Assembly (NCBI GenBank): GCA_963847845.1
Contig: CAWKBI010000003.1
Location: forward strand, 468,483-532,482
Direction: 5' to 3'
Length of the DNA: 64,000 bases
Source: an uncultured Actinomycetes bacterium
Lineage (GTDB): Bacteria; Actinomycetota; Thermoleophilia; Gaiellales; Gaiellaceae
Shown here: piece after piece, positions 9,558 to 19,471 of the stretch
How the letters are laid out: the number at the start of each line of letters is the position of its first letter
Numbering within the stretch: the stretch's first letter is position 1
Translations under genes and position numbers: made by a program
The notes under the pieces: generated by a model
Database searches by the model: none
Told to the model about the DNA's origin: nothing
Seen by the model: the letters and a program-made list of their open reading frames with translations, nothing else

Positions 9558-10559
9558 GTGCACGAGCCCTGGTGGATCACCATCCCGAAGGCCCTCCTCG
9601 TGATCAACGTGGTCATGGTCTTCTTCGCCTTCACCACCTGGCTCGAGCGGAAGCTGCTTGGGCGGATGCAGCTGCGCTTCGGCCCGAACCGTGCGGGCCC
9701 GAAGGGTTTGCTGGTACCGATCGCCGACTTGTTGAAGCTGATCCGCAAGGAGGCATTCGCCCCGTCGGCCGCCAAGGAGCCGCTCTACATCATCGCGCCT
9801 GTCGTCTCGATGTTCACGGCGCTGCTCGCGTTCAGCGTTCTGCCCTGGGGACGCGGCTGGACGGTCGACGGGCACTACATCAGCGGCTCCGTCGCCAACT
9901 TGCCGATCTCGCTGATCCTGATCTTCGCGCTCGGCTCGATCGGCATCTACGGATTCATCATTGGCGGCTGGGCGTCGGAGTCGAAGTACTCGATCCTCGG
10001 CTCGATGCGCACCTGCGCACAGCTCGTCTCGTACGAGGTGTCGCTGGCGCTGAGCGTGCTCGGCGTCGTGCTGATGGGGCAGTCGCTGAACCTGTCGCAG
10101 ATCGTCGACAAGCAGCAGGCGACGCTCTGGTTCTTCATCCCGCAGATCGTCGGCCTGGTGGTATTCCTGATCGGCGGCACCGCCGAGACCTCGCGCGCGC
10201 CGTTCGACCTGCCGGAGGCGGACACCGAACTCGTCGCCGGGTATCACACCGAGTACTCGGGGATGCGCTGGGGGCTCTTCCAGGCGGCCGAGTACATCAA
10301 CATGCTGACTCTCTCCGGCCTCTGCGTGACCCTCTTCTTCGACGGCTACCACTTCCCATGGGTGCACTCGCTCGACAAGTTCGGGCCTGTGTGGTTCGTG
10401 CTGAAGCTGTTCACCCTCGTCGCCGTCTTCATCTGGCTGCGCGCGACCCAGCCGCGCCTGCGTTACGACCAGCTGATGCGGTTCGGCTGGAAGGTGCTGC
10501 TGCCGGTCGCAACGGCGAACGCGGTCGTGACCGCGTTCCTGGTGGTGCTGATCAAATGA
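9558..10559 (+). CDS. nuoH: NADH-quinone oxidoreductase subunit H
   Basis: WLERKLLGRMQLRFGPNRAGPKGLLVPIADLLKL, ETSRAPFDLPEADTELVAGYHTEYSG. Confidence 0.95.
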   Translation: MHEPWWITIPKALLVINVVMVFFAFTTWLERKLLGRMQLRFGPNRAGPKGLLVPIADLLKLIRKEAFAPSAAKEPLYIIAPVVSMFTALLAFSVLPWGRGWTVDGHYISGSVANLPISLILIFALGSIGIYGFIIGGWASESKYSILGSMRTCAQLVSYEVSLALSVLGVVLMGQSLNLSQIVDKQQATLWFFIPQIVGLVVFLIGGTAETSRAPFDLPEADTELVAGYHTEYSGMRWGLFQAAEYINMLTLSGLCVTLFFDGYHFPWVHSLDKFGPVWFVLKLFTLVAVFIWLRATQPRLRYDQLMRFGWKVLLPVATANAVVTAFLVVLIK

Positions 10560-11053
10560 GCTTCGTCGTTCCCAACACACTCAAGGGCTTCGGCGTCACG
10601 TTGAAGCAGATCTTCAAGAAGCCGATCACCCAGCAGTACCCGGAGTACAAGCGCCCGGTGTACCCGCGCTACCGCGGGCGGCACCGGCTGCACCGCCACG
10701 AGAACGGTCTCGAGAAATGCGTCGGCTGCTCGCTGTGCGCGGCCGCGTGCCCCGCGGACTGCATCCGCGTCGTCGCGGACGAGAACACCGCCGAGAATCG
10801 CGTCTCCGCCGGTGAGCGCTACGCGCGCATCTACGAGATCAACATGTCGCGCTGCATCTTCTGCGGGTACTGCGAGCTCGCCTGCCCCTTCGACGCGATC
10901 ACGCTCGGCAACGAGTTCGAGATCTCGGAGTACAACCGCGACGACCTGATCTACACGAAGGACATCCTGCTCGCGCCCCCGATCAAGCGCATGCCCGTCG
11001 CCGACCGCGACCTCTACGACACTCCGATCCCCTACTACCAGGATCACAGTTAG
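10556..11053 (+). CDS. nuoI: NADH-quinone oxidoreductase subunit I (2x4Fe-4S)
   Basis: CVGCSLCAAACP and CIFCGYCELACP ferredoxin motifs. ATGA overlap with the nuoH stop. Confidence 0.95.
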   Translation: MSFVVPNTLKGFGVTLKQIFKKPITQQYPEYKRPVYPRYRGRHRLHRHENGLEKCVGCSLCAAACPADCIRVVADENTAENRVSAGERYARIYEINMSRCIFCGYCELACPFDAITLGNEFEISEYNRDDLIYTKDILLAPPIKRMPVADRDLYDTPIPYYQDHS

Positions 11054-11058
11054 AGCCA

Positions 11059-11601
11059 ATGGCAAATTTCCTGGTCTGGGTCGTCTGGTTCGTCGCCGCG
11101 TTCGCGTGCCTCGCGAGCGGCCTCGCGGTGGTCAGCTTCCGCAACCCGTTCTACTCGGCGCTGTCGCTGATCGGGAATCTTGCCGCTCTCGCCGTCCTCT
11201 TCCTGTTGCTCTCCGGTGAGTTCGTGGCGGCCGGCCAGGTGCTCGTCTACGGCGGCGCGGTGATGGTGATGTTCCTGTTCGTGATCGCCTACCTCGGCGA
11301 CCGCAGCGAGGAGTCGCCGTGGTCGGGCGGCCCGTCCTGGCAGATCCTGGGAGCCGTCGCCGCCGGCGGTGCCGTCCTGGCCGAGGTGATCGTGGTCGTC
11401 GGCCTGAAGACCGGCGGCTTCCTGACCAAGCCCAGCCATATCGGACGCAGCTTCGGCTCGCCCGAGGCGATCGGGAAGCTGTTCCTGACCGATCACCTAC
11501 TGGCGTTCGAGATCACGTCGATCGTGCTGCTCGTCGCCGCCGTCGGCGGTGTCGTGCTCGGCTCGCATGCACGCCGAACGGAGGGTGATGCACGGACCTG
11601 A
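11059..11601 (+). CDS. nuoJ: NADH-quinone oxidoreductase subunit J
   Basis: Hydrophobic 180 aa with SALSLIGNL...AAGQVLVYGGAVMVMFLFV; position in operon. Confidence 0.9.
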   Translation: MANFLVWVVWFVAAFACLASGLAVVSFRNPFYSALSLIGNLAALAVLFLLLSGEFVAAGQVLVYGGAVMVMFLFVIAYLGDRSEESPWSGGPSWQILGAVAAGGAVLAEVIVVVGLKTGGFLTKPSHIGRSFGSPEAIGKLFLTDHLLAFEITSIVLLVAAVGGVVLGSHARRTEGDART

Positions 11602-11896
11602 CATCCAGTGGTACGTCGTGCTGAGCGGCTTGCTCTTCTCGATCGGCGCGCTCGGCGTGATGCTGCGCCGCTCGCCGCTGATCATCCTGCTCTCGGTAGA
11701 GATCATGCTGAACGCTGCGAACCTGCTCCTGATCGCGTTCTCGCGGCTGCACGGTCGCGAAGACGGGCAGATCTTCGCCCTCTCGGTGATGGCCGTCGCA
11801 GCTTCCGAGGTGGTCGTCGGCCTCGGTCTGATTGTCGCACTCGGCCGCCGCGGGCTCGAGCTCGACGTCGACAAGCTGAGGACCCTCCGCGGGTGA
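11588..11896 (+). CDS. nuoK: NADH-quinone oxidoreductase subunit K
   Basis: LLFSIGALGVMLRRSPLIILLSVEIMLNAANL. Start ATG 11588 (alternatives 11567/11549). Confidence 0.9.
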   Translation: MHGPDIQWYVVLSGLLFSIGALGVMLRRSPLIILLSVEIMLNAANLLLIAFSRLHGREDGQIFALSVMAVAASEVVVGLGLIVALGRRGLELDVDKLRTLRG

Positions 11897-13767
11897 AGGC
11901 CGCCGCCTGGATCTGCCTTCTGCTGCCGCTCGCCTCGGCTGTGCTGATCACACTCGGCGGCACGCGCATCTCTCGCCGCCTGGCGGGCTACATCTCGACG
12001 CTGACGACGATGGGCTCGTTCGCGGCCGCCGCAGTCGCGTTTTTCACGATGTGGGGCGAGCACGTGTCGTCACGGACACACGTGACGACGTCGTGGACCT
12101 GGCTGTCTGCCGGGCAGTACCACTTCGGCTTCACGCTGCTCACCGACGAGCTGAGCGTGATGATGATGCTGATCGTTGCCGGAGTCGGCTCGCTGATCGT
12201 CGCCTACTCGGTCGGCTACATGGACGGCGAGAACGAAGAGCGCCGCTACTTCGCCTATATCTCGCTGTTCGTCTTCTCGATGCTGCTGCTGGTGCAGGGC
12301 GGGAACCTGCTCATCCTGCTCGCCGGCTGGGGCATGGTCGGCCTCTCGAGCTACCTCCTGATCGGCTTCTACCAGGATCGCCCGTCTGCGATCGCGGCCG
12401 CGAAGAAGGCCTTCGTGATGAATGCGTTCGGCGACGCGACCCTCGCGCTGGCGCTCTTCCTGCTGATCCAGCACACGGGCAGGCTCGACTACGCGGGAGT
12501 CTTCGCAGCCTCACCTCATGGCGGCGCGGTTGCGAACCTGATCGCACTAGGGCTGCTTGGCGGCGCAGTCGCGAAAAGCGCCCAGATCCCGTTGCACACC
12601 TGGCTGCCCGACGCGATGGAAGGCCCGACTCCGGTGAGCGCGCTGATCCACGCGGCGACGATGGTGACCGCCGGGGTCTACCTGATCGTTCGATGCCATC
12701 CGTTGTTCGAGAACGCCTACGTGATCCAGGATCTCGCTGCGGGTCTCGGCGCCGCGACACTTCTGATGGCTGGGTTGATCGCACTCGTCCAGACGGACAT
12801 CAAGCGCGTGATCGCGTATTCGACGATGTCGCAGATCGGCTACATGTTCGTCGGAGCGGGACTCGGCGCTTACTCGAGCTCGATGTTCCATCTGATGACG
12901 CATGCCTTCTTCAAGGCGTTGCTCTTCATGTCGGCCGGCCTCGCGGTCCACGCGATCGCAGGCGAGCAGGACATTCGCAAGCTCGCCGGGATCGGGAAGC
13001 TGATGCCGTTCACGAAGCTCGTCTTCGGAGTCGGCTCCCTGGCGCTCGTCGGCATCCCGCCGTTCGCCGGGTTCTTCTCGAAGGACTCGATCATCGCGGC
13101 CGGGCTCGACCGGGGCTGGTACGGGATCCTGATCGCCGCTGTCTGCCTCGTCGGCGCGTTCCTGACCGGTCTCTATGCCTTCCGCCTCTACTTCATCGTC
13201 TTCACCGGCGAGCCGTCTGCGTTCGCGCGGGAGCACTTCCACGCCCATCATGGCAAGGAGGGGCCGTTCTCGATGCGGTGGACAGTCGGCACGCTCGCGC
13301 TGCTCTCCGCGATCGGCGGCTTTCTGCAGTTCGCCCCGCTCTGGCATCCGCTCAGCCGGTGGCTCGACCCGGTCGCACGGCCGTTCGCAGAACCGACGAA
13401 CGCGCAGGAGTGGGCGATCTCCGGCGCCGCAGTCGCGTGCGGCCTGGCCGGGATGGTCGTCGCGTGGGTGTTCTACGCCGGCAAGCGTGCAGTCTTGCCA
13501 AAGACGCTCCGGCTCTTTGAGAGGAAGTTCTACTGGGACGAGCTTTACGACCTCGTCTGGTACCGAACCGGTGACGGGATCGCACGTGCGTTCTTCGCGT
13601 TCGTCGAGCGGCCGCTGATCGCCGGCTCGCTCTCTGCGGTGACCGGCGGCGCCGGGCTCGGCTCGCGCGAGCTCGGACGAGCTCAGAACGGTCTCGTGCG
13701 CTCCTACGCACTCGTGTTGGCGGGCGGTCTGGCTGTCCTCGCGGTTGTCTTCCTGGCGGCGCGATGA
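11893..13767 (+). CDS. nuoL: NADH-quinone oxidoreductase subunit L
   Basis: GWGMVGLSSYLLIGFY, AKSAQIPLHTWLPDAMEGPTPVSALIHAATMVTAGVY. GTGA overlap with the nuoK stop. Confidence 0.95.
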   Translation: MKAAAWICLLLPLASAVLITLGGTRISRRLAGYISTLTTMGSFAAAAVAFFTMWGEHVSSRTHVTTSWTWLSAGQYHFGFTLLTDELSVMMMLIVAGVGSLIVAYSVGYMDGENEERRYFAYISLFVFSMLLLVQGGNLLILLAGWGMVGLSSYLLIGFYQDRPSAIAAAKKAFVMNAFGDATLALALFLLIQHTGRLDYAGVFAASPHGGAVANLIALGLLGGAVAKSAQIPLHTWLPDAMEGPTPVSALIHAATMVTAGVYLIVRCHPLFENAYVIQDLAAGLGAATLLMAGLIALVQTDIKRVIAYSTMSQIGYMFVGAGLGAYSSSMFHLMTHAFFKALLFMSAGLAVHAIAGEQDIRKLAGIGKLMPFTKLVFGVGSLALVGIPPFAGFFSKDSIIAAGLDRGWYGILIAAVCLVGAFLTGLYAFRLYFIVFTGEPSAFAREHFHAHHGKEGPFSMRWTVGTLALLSAIGGFLQFAPLWHPLSRWLDPVARPFAEPTNAQEWAISGAAVACGLAGMVVAWVFYAGKRAVLPKTLRLFERKFYWDELYDLVWYRTGDGIARAFFAFVERPLIAGSLSAVTGGAGLGSRELGRAQNGLVRSYALVLAGGLAVLAVVFLAAR

Positions 13768-15218
13768 ACCACTGGCTGACCACGATCCTGATCGTTCTGC
13801 CCTTTGCGGGCGCGCTGCTCGTCGCCGCCGCGCCGTTGCCCGCGTACGCGATCGGCTCGCTGGCCTCCCTGATCTCACTCGTCGAGGTCGGCTTCTGGAT
13901 CACCGCAGCCGCGAAGTTCGACTTCGGCTCGCCCTCGTTGCAGCTCGGCCAGAACCACTCGTGGTTCCACGATCTCGGGGTCAGCTACCACGTCGGCCAA
14001 TACGCCTTCTCGTTGTGGCTCGTCGGCGCGACGGTCGTCGTGATGGCCGCCTGCGTGATCTACGGCTGGTGGGTCGGCCGCGAACGCGCACGCGCCTACT
14101 TCGCGCTGATGCTGATGCTGACAGGCGCGATCGTCGGCGTCTTCACGGCGCAGGACCTGTTGCTCTTCTACGCCTTCTTCGAGGCGATGCTGATCCCGCT
14201 CTACGTCCTGATCGGCGTCTGGGGCGGGCCTGGGCGGCTGCGCGCCACGCTCACGTTCGTCATCTACACCGTCGTCGGCTCGCTGCTGATGCTCGCCTCG
14301 ATCGTCGTCTTCGGATTGCAGCAGGGGACGTTCGACCTGACGAAGATGGGCACCAGCACCTCGACCTGGCTGTTCCTGGGCTTCGTCGCTGCGTTCGCAA
14401 TCAAGTCGCCGCTCTTTCCGTTTCACGGCTGGCTGCCGGAGACCTACCGCGAGTCGCCGCCCGAGATCTCGGCGGTGCTCTCGGGGATCGTCTCGAAGGC
14501 CGGCCTCTACGGCTTGCTGCGAATCGTGATCCCGAAGTTCCCTGCGGTCGTGCACGACTGGCGCGTCGTTCTGCTCGTGCTCTCGTCGATCTCGCTCGTC
14601 TATGGCTCGATGCTCGCGTTCCGCGCGCCCGACTTCCGCGGCGTCGTCATGTACTCGTCACTTGCACAGTCGGGACTGATCGGGCTCGGGCTGTTTGCGA
14701 ACAACGACCTGGGCTTCAACGGCGCTGTGCTGCAGATGGTCAACCACGCGCTCGTTTCGTCGAGCCTGTTCCTGCTCGCCGGGATGGTCGAGCGGCGCAC
14801 GTCGACCGGCGAGTTTCGCCTGCTCGGCGGGATGGCGCGAGGCCGTCCCGCGCTCGCGACGCTGATCATGGCTGTCGGGGTCGTCTCGCTGGCCGTGCCG
14901 TTGTCGGCGACGTTCGCCGGCGAGTTCCTGATTCTCGCCGGCGCCTTCCAGCAGGGCTGGGTGTGGGCGGTTATCGGTGCCGCGGCGATCGTGCTCGCGG
15001 CGATGTACATGCTCCGTGCGATCTCCGGCGTCCTACACCAGGATGTCGGCCCGGCGGTGCCGGACGAGGCGCTGGATCTGCGCGTCGGTGAGCTCGCGGT
15101 CGTGGTGCCGCTCGTGCTCTGCCTGATCGGGCTCTCCGCCTGGCCGAACCTGATCGCGCACAGATCCTTCGGCGGCGGGCACGCCACGACATCGTTACTC
15201 CAGGTGGTCGGTAAGTGA
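13764..15218 (+). CDS. nuoM: NADH-quinone oxidoreductase subunit M
   Basis: FYAFFEAMLIPLYVLIGVWGG, FAIKSPLFPFHGWLPETY. ATGA overlap with the nuoL stop. Confidence 0.95.
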   Translation: MNHWLTTILIVLPFAGALLVAAAPLPAYAIGSLASLISLVEVGFWITAAAKFDFGSPSLQLGQNHSWFHDLGVSYHVGQYAFSLWLVGATVVVMAACVIYGWWVGRERARAYFALMLMLTGAIVGVFTAQDLLLFYAFFEAMLIPLYVLIGVWGGPGRLRATLTFVIYTVVGSLLMLASIVVFGLQQGTFDLTKMGTSTSTWLFLGFVAAFAIKSPLFPFHGWLPETYRESPPEISAVLSGIVSKAGLYGLLRIVIPKFPAVVHDWRVVLLVLSSISLVYGSMLAFRAPDFRGVVMYSSLAQSGLIGLGLFANNDLGFNGAVLQMVNHALVSSSLFLLAGMVERRTSTGEFRLLGGMARGRPALATLIMAVGVVSLAVPLSATFAGEFLILAGAFQQGWVWAVIGAAAIVLAAMYMLRAISGVLHQDVGPAVPDEALDLRVGELAVVVPLVLCLIGLSAWPNLIAHRSFGGGHATTSLLQVVGK

Positions 15219-16681
15219 TCGCCAAACCGCACATCGACTGGTTCGCACTCGCGCCGGTGCTCTCGCTTCTCGCTGCGTCCGGGCTGCTCCTGATGGTCGC
15301 GGTCTTCACTCGTCGCACGATCCGCCGCGTGGTCGCTGCGTTCGTCGGCTTCGCAGGCTTCGCGGCCGCGTTCGCCTTCGCCGTCGTCTTGGAGGTCAGG
15401 AGCCCGCACCCCGCGCTGCTCGTCCACGACGCGATGTTCCGCGACCGCTGGGCTGCGCTCGCGCAGGTGCTGATCGCCGGCTCTGGCGCTGTCGCCGTGC
15501 TCGTCTCGTACCGTGAGCGCTGGCGCGACGAGCATGTGGCCGAGTATTACGCGCTCCTGACCGCCTCTGCCGCGGGGATGGCGTTCTTCGTCGAAGCGTC
15601 GAACCTGATGACGTTGTTCCTGGCGCTCGAGTGGTTCTCGATTGGCCTCTACGTTCTGTGCGCGATCGACATCGACCTGATCGGGTCGCTCGAAGCCGGC
15701 CTCAAGTACCTGATCGTCGGCTCGGTGGGGTCGGCGACATTGCTCTTCGGCTCGGCGCTCGTCTACGGCGAGACGGGGCAGCTGAGCTTCGACCGGATCG
15801 CCGCCTATGGGCACGGGGGCGACGCGATGTTGGTGCTTGGCCTGGCGATGATCATCGTGGGACTCGCGTTCAAGGTCTCAGCCGCCCCGTTCCACCAGTG
15901 GACGCCGGACGTCTACCAGGGCGCGCCGACACCGGTGACGGCATTCATGGCGTCGGCGACGAAGATTGCGGCGCTCGTCGTCACCTACCGGCTACTCGCG
16001 ACGGCCTTCCCTCACGACCAGCGACTCTGGACGTACACCCTCGCGGTGATCGCGATCATCTCGCTCGCCTGGGGCAACATCGCCGCGCTTGTCCAGCGAA
16101 ACGTCAAACGGATCCTCGCCTACTCGGCCGTCTCGCACACCGGTTTCATGCTGATCGCGATCTCGGTGGCGAGCCAGCTCGGCGAGCGGGCGCTCATGTA
16201 CTACCTCGTCCCGTACGCCGCGATGTCGATCGGCGCATTCGCCGTCGTCGCGGCCCGCGAGCGCGAGCTCGGCGTGCCGGTGACACTGGAGAATCTCGCC
16301 GGGTTCGGCTGGGAGCGTCCGTTCCTCGGCGTCTCGATGTGGGTCTTCATGCTCGGCTTCCTCGGCTTTCCGCTGACCGGCGGCTTCATCGGCAAGTTCT
16401 ACGTCTTCGCCGCAGCGTACGACCGCGGCTGGTGGTGGCTGATCGTTGCGGGCGTGATCGCGACGATGATCTCGGCGTACTACTACCTCGGGATCGTGCG
16501 TGCGATGTACTTCCGCGACTCGGCCGAGCTGCAGCTTGCACCCGCAGGCGGCTCGCCGCCGCGCGAACTGCTACTGAGCGCGGGGGTCGGGATCTGCCTC
16601 GTCGTCACGGTCGGCTCGTTCTTCGCGGTGCAGCCGTTGATCGACGTCGCCCGCTCGGCCGCGCACTCCCTTCCCTTCTAG
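15215..16681 (+). CDS. nuoN: NADH-quinone oxidoreductase subunit N
   Basis: FLALEWFSIGLYVL, FKVSAAPFHQWTPDVYQGAPTPVTAF. Overlaps the nuoM stop. Confidence 0.95.
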   Translation: MIAKPHIDWFALAPVLSLLAASGLLLMVAVFTRRTIRRVVAAFVGFAGFAAAFAFAVVLEVRSPHPALLVHDAMFRDRWAALAQVLIAGSGAVAVLVSYRERWRDEHVAEYYALLTASAAGMAFFVEASNLMTLFLALEWFSIGLYVLCAIDIDLIGSLEAGLKYLIVGSVGSATLLFGSALVYGETGQLSFDRIAAYGHGGDAMLVLGLAMIIVGLAFKVSAAPFHQWTPDVYQGAPTPVTAFMASATKIAALVVTYRLLATAFPHDQRLWTYTLAVIAIISLAWGNIAALVQRNVKRILAYSAVSHTGFMLIAISVASQLGERALMYYLVPYAAMSIGAFAVVAARERELGVPVTLENLAGFGWERPFLGVSMWVFMLGFLGFPLTGGFIGKFYVFAAAYDRGWWWLIVAGVIATMISAYYYLGIVRAMYFRDSAELQLAPAGGSPPRELLLSAGVGICLVVTVGSFFAVQPLIDVARSAAHSLPF

Positions 16682-16807
16682 ATGGTTGATCGGCAATTGC
16701 CGTCGTTGCGGGGAGGGAATGCACCAAGCAGTGTGGTCGAGGCGGGCGCAATGCGCCGCGTGCAGGCCCCCAGCCGCGACGGCGTGAATTACCGATCAAC
16801 CATCTAG
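16678..16807. mobile_element. MITE-like palindromic intergenic element, long form, between convergent nuoN and the CaCA gene
   Basis: Terminal inverted repeats CTAGATGGTTGATCGGCAATT ... AATTACCGATCAACCATCTAG (13 nt perfect, 18 nt with one mismatch, plus CTAG). Contains the 12-nt palindrome CGGCAATTGCCG. TA dinucleotides flank GATGG...CCATC on both sides. A second, shorter copy lies at 40191-40249. Confidence 0.6.
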
Positions 16808-17862
16808 TGAGGGATCACGAACAGCCCCGCGACTCCGACCGCGAAGACGATTACCGCGAGGATCGAGTCGGGGCCGAGCCGGGCGTGGCAGCGCAGTGGG
16901 CGGATGATCACCCCCATCGCGTAGATGGCCGTCAGCCCGACGCCGAGCGACGCCAGCCACGCGTTCAGGCCGCCCGACTTCGGCAACACCGGTGAGCCTG
17001 CGACGAGATCGGCCACGAGGAAGAGACAGAGCTGGAACGCGTTGCCGCCGAAGATGTCTCCGAGCGCGAGCGCATGATCGCCGAGCCGGACGGCGGCAAC
17101 CCCTGAGCTGATCTCCGGCAATGCCGTTGCGAGAGCGAGCACCGTGGCGCCGAAGATCACGCCGTTGACGCCGGCCCGGTCGGCGAGTGTGTTGCCGCTA
17201 ACTTCGAGCCCGATCCCGGCCGTGAGCGTGACCGCGCACGCACCCGCGAAGATGCCGGCGACCTGAGCCGTCGAGCGAGCCGCGAACGGATGAGGCTGCT
17301 TCGGGTGGTCCTGGCGGCGGTGCCGGCGGCCCGGTTGCGCTCCCTCCATCGAGATCTTCCAGCGTGGGCTCTTTCGCACTTTGTTGATCACGTAGACGCC
17401 GAATGTCCAGACGACGACGATCCCGATCGATGCAGGGCTGACGACGCCGCCGATCGCCGTGGTCGGCGGCAGCAGTGCGCCCATCAGGACACCTGACACG
17501 ACCAGCGAGACGAGCAATGCCTCGAGAACCGGGCTCAATGCACCGACGAGGAACGTGAGCGGCCGTTCGCGGCCGACGGCGAAGTCGCAGACGACCAGCA
17601 CCATCGTCTGGACGGCGATCCCGCCGATCAGGTTGCCGGCGGCGAGGCCGAGGTGCCCTTGCGCGGCTGCAGAGACTGTGATCGCGAGCTCCGGCAGGCT
17701 GCCCGCCACGGAGAGGAGCAGCAACCCCCCGAGCTCCTCACCGAAGCCGAGCCGCGCATCGAGTGCGTCCGTCGACTTCGAGAGCGCCATCCCGGCCCTC
17801 CAGGTAGCCGCGGCTGCGATCGCAAAGACGCCGACGAGGAGCGGCGTCGCGAGGCCCGACAT
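16804..17862 (-). CDS. Ca2+/cation antiporter (CaCA, sodium/calcium exchanger membrane region) family protein
   Basis: Polytopic 352 aa with two alpha-repeat-like motifs, SVAGSLPELAITV and ALATALPEISSGV, separated by a basic loop. Confidence 0.8.
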   Translation of the reverse strand: MSGLATPLLVGVFAIAAAATWRAGMALSKSTDALDARLGFGEELGGLLLLSVAGSLPELAITVSAAAQGHLGLAAGNLIGGIAVQTMVLVVCDFAVGRERPLTFLVGALSPVLEALLVSLVVSGVLMGALLPPTTAIGGVVSPASIGIVVVWTFGVYVINKVRKSPRWKISMEGAQPGRRHRRQDHPKQPHPFAARSTAQVAGIFAGACAVTLTAGIGLEVSGNTLADRAGVNGVIFGATVLALATALPEISSGVAAVRLGDHALALGDIFGGNAFQLCLFLVADLVAGSPVLPKSGGLNAWLASLGVGLTAIYAMGVIIRPLRCHARLGPDSILAVIVFAVGVAGLFVIPH

Positions 17863-17906
17863 GGATCCGAACTATCGTCGCGGCGTCGGCTGGCGACCGG
17901 CCCGTC

Positions 17907-18455
17907 CTACGCCTGGATGGACTTCCAGAAGACAGTCGTATCGCAGAGCCGCCCGTCCGGGTAGAGGGCGTAGCCAGGGATGATCCCGACCCTGGTCCAA
18001 CCGAGGCGGACGTACAGCCGCTCGGCCGCGTCGCCGGTAACCGTGTCGAGGACCAGCAGCGACTTTCCCTTTTCCCGCGCCTGCGCCTCGGCCAGCTCCA
18101 TCAACCGCTCCGCGATCCCACGCCTGCGTGCCTCGCGGTGAACGAGCAGCTTTGCGATCTCGCCACGATGCGGCTGGTTCGGCGGTGCCGCAAGGACCAC
18201 CTGAACGGTGCCGACGAGACGGTCGTCCGCGAATGCCGCCAGTACGAGCCTGTTGCCGCGGTCGGCGTCGGCGGCGAACCCCTCGAACGCGGTCCGCGCG
18301 TCCTCTTGTGAGAAAGGCGCGAGATAGCTGACCGATGCGCCTCCGGAGACGCAGTCGTGCAGTACGGATGCGAGGCCGTCGAGGTGTGCCCGCAGCGAGG
18401 CGCCTTCGAGCCTGCGCACGTCGATCTCGCCGTCGCTGGTCGTCATCCAAGACAT
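17907..18455 (-). CDS. GNAT family N-acetyltransferase
   Basis: VHREARRRGIAERLMELAEAQAREKGKSLLVLDT...AERLYVRLGW: acetyl-CoA-binding R/Q-x-x-G-x-A type block. Confidence 0.85.
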   Translation of the reverse strand: MSWMTTSDGEIDVRRLEGASLRAHLDGLASVLHDCVSGGASVSYLAPFSQEDARTAFEGFAADADRGNRLVLAAFADDRLVGTVQVVLAAPPNQPHRGEIAKLLVHREARRRGIAERLMELAEAQAREKGKSLLVLDTVTGDAAERLYVRLGWTRVGIIPGYALYPDGRLCDTTVFWKSIQA

Positions 18456-18496
18456 CTTTCACGATGCGCAGCGCTCCCGTTTGCGAAACTCACCGC

Positions 18497-19090
18497 GTGG
18501 ACGAGGCTCCGCTGCGGATGACGAAGAACGGGTTGGTGACGGACGGCGAAGGCTGGTTCGTCGTCAACGCACGTGAAGCCCGCTGGCGCGAGGAGGGCCC
18601 GCTCGGCTCGTACTGCACGTTCGAAGGCAAGCGCCGGTTTCCGCACTTCGGGATCAACATCAGCATCCTCGAGCCGGGCGAGCGCATCGGGATGTATCAC
18701 CGCGAGAACGCACAGGAGGCGTTCCTCGTCATTGCCGGGGAATGCACGCTGATCGTCGAGGGAAACGAGCAGCCGCTCACCACGTGGGATTTCTTCTACT
18801 GCGCTCCCGGCACCGAGCACGTCATCGTCGCGTCGGGCGAGCAAGAGGCGGTCGTGCTTGCGGTCGGCGCCCGCGGACGCGGGGTCGGCGGAGGAATCGT
18901 CTACGCCGTCAACGAGGCTGCGGCGCGGTACGGGGCGAGCGTGACGTGTGAGACGAACGATCCCGCCGACGCGTACGCCGAGATCTTCGCCGCCCTGCCG
19001 CGATCGCGGTTCGCGAAGTATCGGCCGGGCTGGCTGCCGCGAACGTCGCTCGGGCGCCGCCAACGCGGCCGTGATAACCGTCAGACGTGA
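18497..19090 (+). CDS. cupin domain protein, paralog family A (copy 1)
   Basis: GWFVVNAREARW, ILEPGERIGMYHRENAQEAFLVIAGECTLIVEG, WDFFYCAPGTEHVIV, AARYGASVTCETNDPADAYA. Colinear with the 26667 and 32403 genes. Start GTG 18497 chosen by paralog alignment (ATG 18464 possible). Confidence 0.8.
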   Translation: MDEAPLRMTKNGLVTDGEGWFVVNAREARWREEGPLGSYCTFEGKRRFPHFGINISILEPGERIGMYHRENAQEAFLVIAGECTLIVEGNEQPLTTWDFFYCAPGTEHVIVASGEQEAVVLAVGARGRGVGGGIVYAVNEAAARYGASVTCETNDPADAYAEIFAALPRSRFAKYRPGWLPRTSLGRRQRGRDNRQT

Positions 19091-19105
19091 TTCTCGGCCC
19101 GGCGC

Positions 19106-19471
19106 TCAGGAAGTGGACTGCTCCCTCGCGGTCAGCTCGCTCACCGGCGCATCGCCCGTATTGACGGTTCCTGCGAGCTCGATCAAGAGGACCTCCGCGC
19201 CTTCGTCCGATCGCGGGCAGTGCTCGACCCCGCGCGGGACGACGAAGAGCTCACCGGGGCCGAGCACGACATCGCGGTCGCGGAGCTGGATCGTCAGCTC
19301 GCCGGACACGACCAGGAAGAAGTCGTCTGTGTCGGGATGCGCGTGCCAGACGAACTCGCCTTTCGTCTTTGCGACCTGCAGCTTGCTGTCGTTCAGGTAG
19401 CCCACGATGCGCGGACTGAACGGCTCGTCGAACGACGCCAGCGCGTCGGCGAGGTTGACCTTGTCGTCCAT
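19106..19471 (-). CDS. small cupin domain protein
   Basis: 121 aa. FVWHAHPDTDDFFLVVSGELTIQL...GELFVVPRGVEHCP two-motif cupin pattern. Confidence 0.85.
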   Translation of the reverse strand: MDDKVNLADALASFDEPFSPRIVGYLNDSKLQVAKTKGEFVWHAHPDTDDFFLVVSGELTIQLRDRDVVLGPGELFVVPRGVEHCPRSDEGAEVLLIELAGTVNTGDAPVSELTAREQSTS

